DNA of 63,275 nucleotides, the filler included, from Basidiobolus ranarum (taxonomy: Eukaryota): NCBI GenBank assembly GCA_040143965.1. It is 55 parts of 55 records of this genome, joined end to end, with 100 filler letters (N's around TTAATTAATTAA, not from the genome) between each part and the next. Parts side by side here need not be neighbours in the genome. Positions count along the whole stretch, not along the records: positions 11,570 to 12,625 come from JASJQH010006647.1; positions 12,726 to 13,781 come from JASJQH010006648.1; positions 13,882 to 14,937 come from JASJQH010006649.1; positions 15,038 to 16,092 come from JASJQH010006650.1; positions 16,193 to 17,247 come from JASJQH010006651.1; positions 17,348 to 18,402 come from JASJQH010006652.1; positions 18,503 to 19,557 come from JASJQH010006653.1; positions 19,658 to 20,711 come from JASJQH010006654.1; 47 more parts are not named here. One strand, given 5' to 3'. A program made the position numbers and the translations under genes. This document shows, piece after piece, positions 11,860 to 23,556 of the stretch. Within the stretch, counting starts at the first letter, position 1. Each line of letters opens with the position of its first letter. A model generated the notes under the pieces. That model ran no database searches, had not been told where the DNA came from, and worked only from the letters and a program-made list of their open reading frames with translations.

Positions 11860-12405
11860 GACCTGCAATAAAGTGCTATGTGTTGTGATGTTTCACATTT
11901 GTAACATTTGACAGTGCCCCTTTCTGGTTAGCTATTTTGAAAATAAAATGCTTGTGTAGTTTTTGTTTCATTGGCATGCTGACTTTTGTCTTGCCTTTTA
12001 AATTCTTCTTGACATAGACAAGTGATCAATAAATGCTGAGTAAGCATATCTGCAATTGCTTCCAAAGTGAGTACAAGGGCAAATATGATTTAGAGAGACC
12101 ATTGATTATGGTATGAATTATATCCATTTCAGGTACTTCATAGTTCACTGATTCCAGTTGTTGGGCTAATTTCTTGCACCATTTATATACGTCAAAATAT
12201 CTGAATCCTCAGTCATGCAAGAGTTTAAGATTTTTCTTAATAGCATCATCAAGTGAGCAAGCCATTTTTGCTCATGATGTTCCACTATGATTTCCCTTGC
12301 ATTATTGGTGGAGTCTGCATCACCAACTAGCATAAGTTGTTGTGATCCCAGTTTTGGACATATCTCCCTAAATGCCAATATGTCTTTTTCTTTGAAAGTT
12401 ATCCT
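11860..12405 (-). mobile_element. Decayed copia gag fragment
   Basis: Gag-like text (QQLMLV..A.....EHHEQK..A..MMLLRK) and a degenerate zinc knuckle. Confidence 0.55.
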
Positions 12406-12431
12406 TGTTGAAATTATTTAGGGAGAAATAT

Positions 12432-12504
12432 TGGTCTGGGCAGGATTTGAACCTGGGACCTCCTTCACTCTAGCAAGGTGCTGTAACCACTGAGCTACCA
12501 GTCC
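12432..12504 (-). ncRNA. tRNA-like unit embedded in a repeat, copy 2
   Basis: Near-identical to 949-1021. The enclosing repeat starts TGTTGAAATT at 12406. Confidence 0.75.
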
Positions 12505-12920
12505 TTGTATGCTATGCCTATATTGCTAGGGAACCTTAACCTAGTCTGTCAATGTATGGTACTATGGCATTTCAGCTTTACAAGCAACTGATTGGCCTTA
12601 GACTTTGTGTTCAGATGCAGTCACCNNNNNNNNNNNNNNNNNNNNNNNNNNNNNNNNNNNNNNNNNNNNTTAATTAATTAANNNNNNNNNNNNNNNNNNN
12701 NNNNNNNNNNNNNNNNNNNNNNNNNGATAAGCTGCTTTTCATCTGATTAAGTGCTTAAAGCTCATTTGTGGCTGTGATCAAGTCATCCACATATAGTGCC
12801 AATATAAGGATTCTATTTCTGGTTATTTTAATGTAAAGATTCTGATCTGCTGAGCATTTTTGGAATTTCAGTGACTTCAAATAGGTATTTAGCTTATTCT
12901 ACCATGCCCTAGGTGGTTGT

Positions 12921-13781
12921 TGATAAAAGTGTTGATGGGACCTGGTAGTGTTTGGACAATATTTGGATTTGTGAATTTGACACTTATGTTTCATTGAATT
13001 GAATATGTGCAATTTATAGTTTACTAGGAAATATGACTAATGACTTGCTTAGATCATAACAAACATACCTTTCAAACATGTGTCAAAATATGAGGTGATT
13101 TTGAGAAGTTTTGATAAAATAGTGAAAATTTGTAAAAGTGATCTAATTGATACTTCTATCAATTGGAGCAATAAACACACATTTTTTAATGGCCAAACTG
13201 AGTGGAAAATAACTTGAATATGAACAAACTCACTACTAAATAATGAGTTGCTATTAACTTATTTTCAACATTCCAACTCAACTAATTATTTTGTCTTTCT
13301 CTTAAACCTTACTTATATCATAATAATTCAAATTGTGCTTCAGCTAAAGGTTTGGTTAAGATGTCAGCAATCACTTTGTCAGTAGGGCAATGGAGAAGTT
13401 CAATTATATCATTCTCTATTACTTCTCTAACAAAATGATGCCTAATATATATACATTTTGTTTAAGCATGAAATATGGGGTTTTTAGCAAATGAAATACA
13501 ACTTTTATTATCTTCTAATTCAGTACTAGCATATTACTGCATGTATCCTAAGACTGTAAGCAACTTCCTTAACCACATAGCTACATGTGTAGCAGCTGCA
13601 ACAGCCATGTACTCTGCTTCAGTAATGGAAAGTGCTATGGTTGGTTACTTCTGACTATTCCAAGTTATGGCTCCATTACCATGGAGAAAAGTGCACTCAG
13701 CTGTTGATCTTCAATCATCAAGGTTTCTTCACCAATCTGCATCACTATAGCCTTCAAAGTTCTGTGCATCAGGAGTGCCAG
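12921..13781 (-). mobile_element. Copia 3' end: RNase H remnant, PPT and full LTR-A (12921-13270)
   Basis: Reverse-complement homolog of 27733-28701; LTR about 350 bp. Confidence 0.85.
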
Positions 13782-13881
13782 NNNNNNNNNNNNNNNNNNN
13801 NNNNNNNNNNNNNNNNNNNNNNNNNTTAATTAATTAANNNNNNNNNNNNNNNNNNNNNNNNNNNNNNNNNNNNNNNNNNNN

Positions 13882-14937
13882 AATCTAATTTGACAATTTT
13901 ATGATTGTAAGTAAATGTTCAATCCCAAATGAATTAAAATTGTGATGGTTTTCCTACAAAAACAGTCCTCAAATTTCTGTTAGGGTTGGTGTTAGTCACA
14001 AGCCCAAGATCATATTGCTAAAGGAGATCAGCTGGAGCCAGTGCTTCCTATTAGGCACTATGCACTTACTATTTAACAACATACTAACACTACTTACTCA
14101 GCTATAAAGGGGAAAATTCAATAAGAATAAGCTCTTCAAGATACAATCAAAGTTTGAATCAATTGGGTAAATGCTTGTTCTTGCTTTTTTTTTCCTTTTG
14201 TGCAGGCAGGCTTTGGCTTGGAAGCCAATTTTGATTTAGATTTAGAATGCTTTATGAATGGAATTGTAGTTTTCAGATGGTAAACATGATTTAATGGAAT
14301 TGCTTAGAAACCTCTTAAAATAAACTAAAATATCCATCCTTTACCGGAAATATCTTGCAAATACCCTGATTCAACTTTAGTGATGCCCATTGATTCCACT
14401 GACTGCACTTTTCCTCAAAGTTTTGGTAACACTGCCAAAAGTCAAGATACTGTGGAGTTACCACAGTTATATGACCAGAATAATGTAGATAGAAATGCAA
14501 CTTTGGTTGAACCAGTAATTCTAGACAACTTTGAGGACATGCTGCTAGATGTTGACCTTGGCAATTCCAATACTAATTGTAGGATATCAGAAGTTAAAGA
14601 TGAAGGTAATGGTTTTGTTACAGCCTCTTTGTTATTGGCAAACATTAGTCCACTCAAAACACTTACAGTAAAGGAAGCAGCTTTGATTATTGAGGTGTGG
14701 AGAGTTCAATCCATTCTTAGCAACCAGGTATTTATTGGTTTTCTTACGCTTTTACTAGAGTAGACTGGCAACTCTTGCTTGCCACAGACCTGGTACAAGT
14801 GTAAAACACTTGTCATTCATATGACATATAATCCTTCATTAATTAAACTACCTTTCTGTCCAAATGGTTGTTTGGCTTTCACCGGTAATCTGAAAAACCT
14901 GAAGTCATGTACTGTTTGCACACAATTGGCAATCACT
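13882..14937 (+). mobile_element. CMC mosaic: TIR end (13985), internal fragments and transposase N-terminus
   Basis: TTTCTGTTAGGG; AKSQDTVELPQLYDQN; CPNGCLAFTG..CTVC. Confidence 0.8.
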
Positions 14938-15144
14938 NNNNNNNNNNNNNNNNNNNNNNNNNNNNNNNNNNNNNNNNNNNNTTAATTAATTAANNNNNNN
15001 NNNNNNNNNNNNNNNNNNNNNNNNNNNNNNNNNNNNNCAAAATGTATAAATGCTTAATTTCTGGTCAATAAATAATTATCTCACAAAGCTATTCACAACT
15101 CCACTTTTCTAAAGTTCCTCCAAACAGCCCATATTTTCCCAATA

Positions 15145-16092
15145 ACAGCACTTTGCTGTTGACCAGCACCAAAACCAAAGATTGGAATCTGATTATGAAG
15201 ATGATTTTACTTGCTTATCTGATGCTTATGCAACCAAGAGAGCTTCTCCACCTGAAGAACTATGACATACTGGTACACAGAAGGCAAGATTTTCTCAGCC
15301 AGAGGTTGTTACTCAGAACATTCCAAAACCAACACCAAAAACAACTGAAGAAGGATCTTGACAGCCTAACTATCAGATGCAATCCAAGATTAGCAAGAAG
15401 GCAGATCCTGAGACACTTACCAAGTGGATCTTAGATTCTTGCCTCTCTGTCACAATTGGGGAACTAGCTAGTGTTTCACCACAGTTAGAAAGAATCTAGA
15501 GGAGAACGTATGTACTAGGAGACAACCTATTGATCAACCGTTGGTGAGAATTATATACACAACCCATGATAAACCACTTCCCAAGATGAACAAGGAAACA
15601 CCTACATTCACATACTACTCAGTGGTCACAGCCATAGTTAGTGGGACAACTCATGGAGACCTTATGCAATGTCATATTGATAGTGGGTCAGAGATTTGTG
15701 TGATGCCAATGGACTTCTACAAGTCATTACTACGCAAACACTTGCTCCCAATGGATACTGACATACACTTGAATATGTGTGATGCCAACACTGGAGTCTC
15801 TTCACTTTTAGGAGTCATTCATGTATTTCCCATCAAGATACAAGGAGTAGAGCATACTGTGCCAGTCTTCATCTGCCAAAAAGCAAACTTCAACCTACTA
15901 CTTGGAAGACCTTGGGATACAAAAGCAAGAGCAATGGTCATGATTTACCCTGAAGGATCTGTTTGGTACACCATTTATGGGAGCAACCCAGGACTACTTG
16001 CCAACTTTTGTGGAGCACCAGCTACTGACCATAGAACTCAAACTGAGTGCAGAAGCACCATCAAAGAAGATACTCACTACCAAATACATTAT
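15145..16092 (+). mobile_element. Gypsy-type gag/aspartyl protease fragment, preceded by an LTR-C end (15038-15144)
   Basis: HIDSGSEICVM catalytic motif and LLLGRPW motif of retropepsins. Confidence 0.8.
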
Positions 16093-16192
16093 NNNNNNNN
16101 NNNNNNNNNNNNNNNNNNNNNNNNNNNNNNNNNNNNTTAATTAATTAANNNNNNNNNNNNNNNNNNNNNNNNNNNNNNNNNNNNNNNNNNNN

Positions 16193-17247
16193 TTCTTTGC
16201 AAACATGTATGATCATCCATTTGCATTGGCTCTCAATGGCTTCTCACTAAACAAATATACCATTGGAAAGGCTTACTGGCCAATAATTTCAATCAACTTA
16301 AATCTTCCTCCTTCTGAATGGTATAAGAGTCATAAATTTTTGATACTATCCATCAAATCTGGACCCAAATCACCAGTGTGCATAGATAGCTTCATGGAGC
16401 CTTTGATTGCAGAATTTGAATGGTTATCTAATGGGATTCAGATGAGTAAATATTTTATTAACACTAATATCATTTTATGTATATATGACACTCCTGCCAT
16501 CAGTAAACTTGGAGGTTTTTGCAGGCACAATGCACTATCTTGCTGTAGATTTTGTCAAATCAATGGAGTTAACTCTAACAGGCATACACATTACTACTAT
16601 CCAAATACGGCACTAAACTTCATGATTTTACCATCAAGAGCCTGTTCAGATTTCAACATGATCACTGATATCAATTCACCAAATAGTCAGTCTAACATCA
16701 AACTTGGTATTAACCATAAGCCTAAGATTATATTGCTAAAGGGGATCAGCTAGAGCCGGAGCTTCCCATTGGGCACTATGAACTTACCGTTCACAACATT
16801 CCAAAACTACTTACTCAGCTATATAGTGAAAAGTCAATATTAATGAGCCATTTGAGATAGGATCAAAGTTTGAATCAATTGGGAAAATGCTTGAAAATGT
16901 CAAGATACCATCATATTATACCAGGACTCCTATCAATATCCACTCTTCTAGGCATTTGCTCAAATGCAAAGACTGAAAGCATTGGATTTATATATATTCA
17001 AGTGGAATTTTGAAAAGATTTCAGCCTGATAAGTATTAGCAACATTGGGAGTTGTTTGTGGATATTGTTAATATATTCTTACAGCATCAACTCACACTGG
17101 CAGATCTCAGGCAGATACAGCAACTGTGCAAAGATTTTGTAATTGGATATGAAAAACTTTATTATAGGTTTAAAGAAGATATACTGAATATAAGCCAGTA
17201 TTCAATACATTCCCTGCTGCATCTTTCACAATGCTTAGAGATTATAG
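16193..17247 (+). mobile_element. CACTA/EnSpm-like transposase core (decayed)
   Basis: WPIISINLNLPP, SGPKSP..IDSFMEPL, DTPAISKLGGF..HNALSCCRFC, HSLLHL. Confidence 0.88.
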
Positions 17248-17347
17248 NNNNNNNNNNNNNNNNNNNNNNNNNNNNNNNNNNNNNNNNNNNNTTAATTAAT
17301 TAANNNNNNNNNNNNNNNNNNNNNNNNNNNNNNNNNNNNNNNNNNNN

Positions 17348-17490
17348 AGTTGACTTATAGTTTGGACATTCTCTTGGCCTTGCCCTTTTATGACCGCTTT
17401 GATGACAGCTTGAGCATACAGTTACGCTCTCTACTTGTTGAACCTCACTACCATTTCGTTTTGCATCAAATTTTTGCCTTTTTGACTCAT
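17348..17490 (-). pseudogene. 5' fragment of a gene with a CxxCxxxGHx7CP zinc-knuckle motif (frameshifted)
   Basis: Translates KRQKFDAKRNGSEVQQVESVTVCSSCHQSGHKRARPRECPNYKST to the contig edge. The ATG at 17490 is one base out of frame. Confidence 0.4.
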
Positions 17491-19283
17491 TCTTTCATAT
17501 TCAGTAGGTCTTTTATGCTTTGTACCGACTATATTATGTACATGGGTATTAGATATTGCTATTATATCTTCTACGTGTCATGTATGTATATAAACGAATA
17601 AACATATATATATTTACCATGTGTCGACGTTGATGCTAATATGTATAAAACGTATTAAACTATATGTACGTACAACATGTATAATATCGTCTTTAAGTTT
17701 TACCTTGTTCCTCTTCTATCTCTTTTTTACGCTTCCAAACCCTTTTTAATCTATCATGGATTTTTCTGTAAACATTTATTTTATAGGCAGCTATATTGCT
17801 AAAAAGTAAGAGAAAGTGAGGGAGAGTTAAGAATTGAGTCAACTTAGATCATGTTCGATGAAATCAATTAAGACTGATTATATGCAAATTGAATCAAGTG
17901 TAAATGTGCTACGTGAGTCAATCAATAATCATATATATATTGTATTCACTTTCATATCTATTTCTCCCTCACTCTTGTTAGAATTTAGCAGAGTGATTTG
18001 TAAAAAGATCGATCAACTTATTAGAAGATATACGGTAGACAGGAAAAAGCCTTTCAAACCATTTTTCAAAAAAAACGTCCCAAATCCAACCTAAAATACT
18101 GTAGTATACACATAATCATGCAATATTACCACAATACCTACTCCAATACCTCTAAATTGGATCCGATACTCCGAGGAAATTGCTTGGACTAATTTTATAT
18201 TTCTCTTACAACGATTATTTGATTCAAATATTAGGTTATCTCATTGTATGTGCAACAATTGATTGCTTTGTACTTTTAAACCGAGTCTCTAATAATCCGC
18301 ATTGAGTGGCTTTTGTGATATGAAGTATATCAATGGCAGCTTCGATTAAAATAACAGAGTTAGTAACCAACTAACATCAGCCCTAACTGCTGCATCAAGA
18401 GANNNNNNNNNNNNNNNNNNNNNNNNNNNNNNNNNNNNNNNNNNNNTTAATTAATTAANNNNNNNNNNNNNNNNNNNNNNNNNNNNNNNNNNNNNNNNNN
18501 NNAAAGATCATTGCAGTTGATTTCCAAGATGCAATAGTTTACACAGTCTTTCCCAGTTCTATTGGTGAAACATAACCTACAAAGTTTACAAGTAGCTTAC
18601 TCTGTGCCCTTATTGTATTTATAGGTACTATGTGGGTAGCTTTAAGTGGAAGCTGTTGCAATATGTCTACCGTAATGAGGATCTTCCAGCACAGCTATGG
18701 ATCTGGGTTTCCTTGAACCATTTGAATTTATTTACACACCAAAATATGGCTTCTTTGAAAAGTTTTGAGATGAAAACTGAGGTGCTAATAATTATAACTC
18801 ATTATATTTACCATTTGCTCAATCAGTATATAAGAACTTTGTAGTTTAAGATAAAGAAGTCATTGTTACCCACACTCAATTTGCTGCACTTTTAAAGAAA
18901 ATTTCATTCCAAAATACAGGTCAGGATAAACTTAGAAATGTGTACCAAGATTGCACTTCTTCATAGACCAACAAATACATAGCTGTGATACTGGGAAATG
19001 TCTCAGTGTAGACAAAGTGAACTCACTGCAGTGATGAAACACAAAAGCCTATAAAAGTTGCTGATAGCAGACAGGTGAGCACATTGGCTATCAGGCCTTT
19101 GATAACATCATTCTAGTAAGTTGCCTGCTGTAAAATCTTATTTCTTTTTCTTAACTATTGCCACTATTGTCATGAGCATTGTTGGCAACCATGATTCTGG
19201 TGGCTCACTCTGTGTGCATAGTATGTTTAATTCAACCACTACAGCAATTCAAGCTGGATGCTACTATAATGCAGCATCCATAA

Positions 19284-19557
19284 CCCCAACAGAAATTTGA
19301 GGATTGTTATTCTAGAAAAACCATCACAATTTTAATCCATTTGTGATTGACCTTTACTCTAACAGAAATTTGAGGATTTTTATCATAGGAAAACCATCAC
19401 AATTTTAATCCATTTGGGATTGACTGTTTACTTACTGTCATAAAAATGTCAAGTTAGATTTGATTTTAATCAATTTTTTCAGTTTCAGGAGTGAAATTTC
19501 AAGATCTTGCAAAATAATTGCACATGATTGGCTACAATCTCAGAGAACTATGGATTA
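19284..19557 (+). mobile_element. Two tandem CMC TIR ends (19284 and 19357)
   Basis: CCCCAACAGAAATTTGAGG and CTCTAACAGAAATTTGAGG starts. Confidence 0.75.
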
Positions 19558-19657
19558 NNNNNNNNNNNNNNNNNNNNNNNNNNNNNNNNNNNNNNNNNNN
19601 NTTAATTAATTAANNNNNNNNNNNNNNNNNNNNNNNNNNNNNNNNNNNNNNNNNNNN

Positions 19658-20711
19658 ATGTGTTGGACCATTAAGCCTACACAACAACCCAAAATTGCTT
19701 GGGCACATGAAAGTAGAAATCTCATAGGAAAACCAGCAAACCAAAAGACTCTGAATGTCAGAGCTGCCATCACTTGCTCTGATGATAAGTGGTTTAACAT
19801 TTTGGAAACTGTGCGGAATCTTGCCCAAAATCACTTAGATTTGAGTCAATTGTGGAAAAACTAAAAACCAGGTGCTACTCTGAAGGTTCTTGACATATTT
19901 CATGTGGCTTATCCTGGGTTTTTGCAAGCAAATGGCAATTGGGCTAGTATAGGCCTATTCATGAAGCATCTCAAAAATGTATGCAATTATCAATTTGGAA
20001 AAGAAAGAAAAGCAGCTAAAGAAGTACTGAAGGAGCAGGAAGTTCATAAACCTAAGGGAAAAGCAAAGGAGCCAGTGAGTTTGGGCTCTACTGTCCCACT
20101 TTCCAAATTCTTCACACCATAACAAAGATCTGCAATTCCAGAGTCGGATATACCGGCCAAAAAGCTTAATTTCACCATGGAACCGGATACACCAGTAGGA
20201 GGAGTGCTAAATTTGGAAGTTTATCCAACACCTGGCACCTCTCAACAAGCCAAAACACCAGCAAATAAAACTCATGGCTCTCCAACCTCAACTGGTACTT
20301 TTCAAAGTGTTGAAATTAGTCCCAAAGGTAAAGGCAAGCAACAAGCCACACAAACACTGCAAAGCACCCTCAGTAGTGTCATACTACAAGGACATATGAA
20401 AATAGTCAAAGCGCTTGAGGAGTATTTTCAAAAGTATGAAGGGAAAAATGCAGTTCAAGTATGCAGAAAGTGGCTTCAGAAGAAGAACATTCAACTTGAC
20501 ATTCTGTCTGGTGTTGACTGTGCAGATATCTGGGAAGAACTTAATACAAAGCCCTAACAGAAATTTGAGGATTGTTATTGAAGGAAAACCGTCACAATTT
20601 TAATCCATTTAGGATTGACCGTTTACTTACCGTCATAATATCGTCAAGTTAGATTTGATTTTAATCAATTTTTTCAGTTTCAGGAGTTAAATTTCAAGAT
20701 CTTGCAAAATA
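19658..20711 (+). mobile_element. CMC ORF2 middle/C-terminal part, interrupted by a CMC TIR end at 20552
   Basis: Homologous to 51898-52946; CCCTAACAGAAAT at 20552. Confidence 0.75.
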
Positions 20712-20894
20712 NNNNNNNNNNNNNNNNNNNNNNNNNNNNNNNNNNNNNNNNNNNNTTAATTAATTAANNNNNNNNNNNNNNNNNNNNNNNNNNNNNNNNN
20801 NNNNNNNNNNNGTAATTGACAGAGCACGCCAGATGGTGTACCAGCAGGCTGGATCAAGTGGCACAATCTGACCTGGTCTGATGGAACAAGTCTA

Positions 20895-21865
20895 ATGTCT
20901 AATTCACAAATCCAAACAGGTACAAAAAACTTTCAAATCCACTAAGCACTTTTGGCATGGAAGCCCTATTTGGATTGAAACCAAGTGTAGATCATCCAAG
21001 GATCTTTGGTTGCACTGCTTATTGGCTAATTCCAGCTCACAAAATTCTAATATAATATCCTAAACCAATATTTGCATATTTTGTGGCAACTGTGATGGAT
21101 CCAAGGTCAAGAAACTGGTTGCTACCAAAAGTCTGAAGTTCATTACATGCAGAGATGTAATTTTTGTTTAAAAAGCAACTTTTCCCCATCAAATCACAGT
21201 TGTTGATCCAAAAATATTACCAGCACTATTGAGGAAGTATCTGACCAAATCCCAGCTCTATCTGAGCTCAATACATCTAACATTCCAATGCCAAATACAT
21301 CTGTTGATCATTTAGGACCAGAATGTCTTCCAGGAGGAGAAATAAGCCAGGGAACTGGTACAACATTTCTAATAATAATGTCTGTGCTTATGTAAAATTC
21401 TGTAATGTCATGGACCTTTCATCAAGCTCTTGTTAGTCCAAATTAAATTTCTGGCAAAAAGTAATGTCTAATGAGTTTTCTTCTCTTAAGGACAATAAAG
21501 CAAGGGTTCTAAGTCCTCTACCATCTTGTGCCATCAGGGAGAAAGCCAATGGGTTGCAAATGGGTCTAAAAGTCAAAGACCAGCTGATGCAACCATAGAA
21601 ATATACAAGCAAGAATAGTTGCAAATATTATTCCCAGATGCCTGGAGTTGATTCAATAAATGCTTTGCTCAAGCAACAATATTTTGCTCTGTTTGACCAA
21701 TCCAGGCACTCTCAGCCTTTGATAACATTGATTTACATCAAATGGATGTAAAAACAGCCTTTGAAAGTAGAAAACTTGAAGAAGAGATCTATATAGTGCC
21801 ACTTGATTGATTTAAGCCCTATATGGATCAAAAATAAGTGTGGATCATCTCAGGATCTTTGGTTG
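20895..21865 (+). mobile_element. Heavily decayed copia integrase-RT
   Basis: IFGCTAY, RDVIF, YSQMPGVDS, HQMDVKTAF remnants. Confidence 0.75.
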
Positions 21866-21965
21866 NNNNNNNNNNNNNNNNNNNNNNNNNNNNNNNNNNN
21901 NNNNNNNNNTTAATTAATTAANNNNNNNNNNNNNNNNNNNNNNNNNNNNNNNNNNNNNNNNNNNN

Positions 21966-23019
21966 ATAGGGGCTATAGATATGTTGCTTTCTGTTTCTGA
22001 TATATGTATCATAACTAAAGTTAACTATGATGTTGAATAAAGATTAATTATCCAACAGTTTCAGAGCCTAGCATTGGTTCTAGAATCTACAACTGAAAAT
22101 TTGCTCTTAAATTATGTATTTAGTAGACTGCTGGATGAAGACTTACACAAATTAGGATCCATCCAAAAGAATGGAGTAAATTCTCCAATTGGCTATTAAA
22201 AGTGTTTGAGAATTGATCTTTATTCAACATTTGGGTTAACTTTAGCTACAATACATATATCAGAAACAGAAAGCAATAGATCTATATCATCTATATACTA
22301 TTTAGGAATATCTCTATATGTATATAACCAGTATGTCATATTACCCCCACATACCTATTATATCCTATTACATAAACTTCTGAAAATCTCAAACAATTGA
22401 CTTCTTTGCTATATAGGTCACTGTATTCTCTTCAGAAGAAAGTAACTCAAATAATATAATAAGTTGCCTCTAATAAACAAAGTCTGTTAAAGTATTTCCC
22501 AGCCTGTTGGAAGTGGTTTGGAGAATTAGAGAAATTGGTGGTTTTCACTTTTAGATTTATTGAGTAGACAATTGATATTCATAGTTTTGTCAGGATGTAA
22601 GCAAACTAATAGGTAGATTGTGTTAAGGAAGGTCCCTGGAACATGTGTGAAAGGTTTGGGGCTTCTAGGACAAATTTGAAAATCTATATATCTGAGAACT
22701 TCTAGGTTTGTGAAAGTATTCTAAGTAATTTCCAATTGACAATAATGGATTATATCTTAGTGAAATATAAGATAACTAAGTACTACACTATATATGACTA
22801 TATATACATCACATCAAGGAACTGGATAAGGACGGGAAGCAACAACAAGAGGCTAGAAAGCAGGAGAGTACTTGGGTGTAGATCACAAGACAAGACAAGA
22901 CAAGACAGGACGGGAAAAATACTTTGGCAAGAATCTTTATTAATAACTGGTGCTGATCAGACTGAGGTCTGATCAAGGAATACATGGGGCTTATATAGAT
23001 ATTGCAGGGTGAAACATAA
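21966..23019. mobile_element. Nested LTRs: family H (21966-22055 and ~22203-22484), family B (22485-22808), family D (22810-23019)
   Basis: Homology to 38100-38184 and 7392-7600 (H), 25647-25994 (B) and 41552-41659 (D). Confidence 0.7.
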
Positions 23020-23119
23020 NNNNNNNNNNNNNNNNNNNNNNNNNNNNNNNNNNNNNNNNNNNNTTAATTAATTAANNNNNNNNNNNNNNNNNNNNNNNNN
23101 NNNNNNNNNNNNNNNNNNN

Positions 23120-23556
23120 ATGAAGATTCCATGGTGGTTGAAGAAGTAATATCTGTTGAGCACAAATCTCAAGGTAGACAACTTGCTCCAACATGTTCCG
23201 CCATGCAACAGAGGTCATGGCAGCCAGTCAAAAGAGATGAAGCTTCTACCATGGTTGAAGAAACAATAACTGTCAAGCTTGAGCCTCAGGTGAGACATTC
23301 TGGGTCAATGCTTAGAGCTGCGCACCAGCAGCAATGGCCAGTTGACCCATTAAGTGAAGGCTTGAAATCTGAAGAAGAGACTGTAGATACTAACAAACTG
23401 CAAACTAGACAGGATGAGCCAACGCATACCACACCACATTGTCCTCAAGCCACAACTCATGCTGGCCAAGGTAGAGGAACTTCAGCAGGATCAAACCAAC
23501 TAACTCAGCGCAGAGGTTCAAGCAAAGTTCCTTCCATGGAGATATCAAGGAGATAA
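23120..23556 (+). CDS. 3' part of an unknown protein with three ~39-aa imperfect repeats
   Basis: MVVEEVISV..KSQGRQ / MVEETITV..EPQVRH / SEEETVDT..LQTRQ; stop at 23556. Confidence 0.35.

Noticed and set aside
18503-19283. Possible hAT transposase remnant on the minus strand
   Set aside because: Only vague NNA and CAH similarity with many stops; not supportable by eye.
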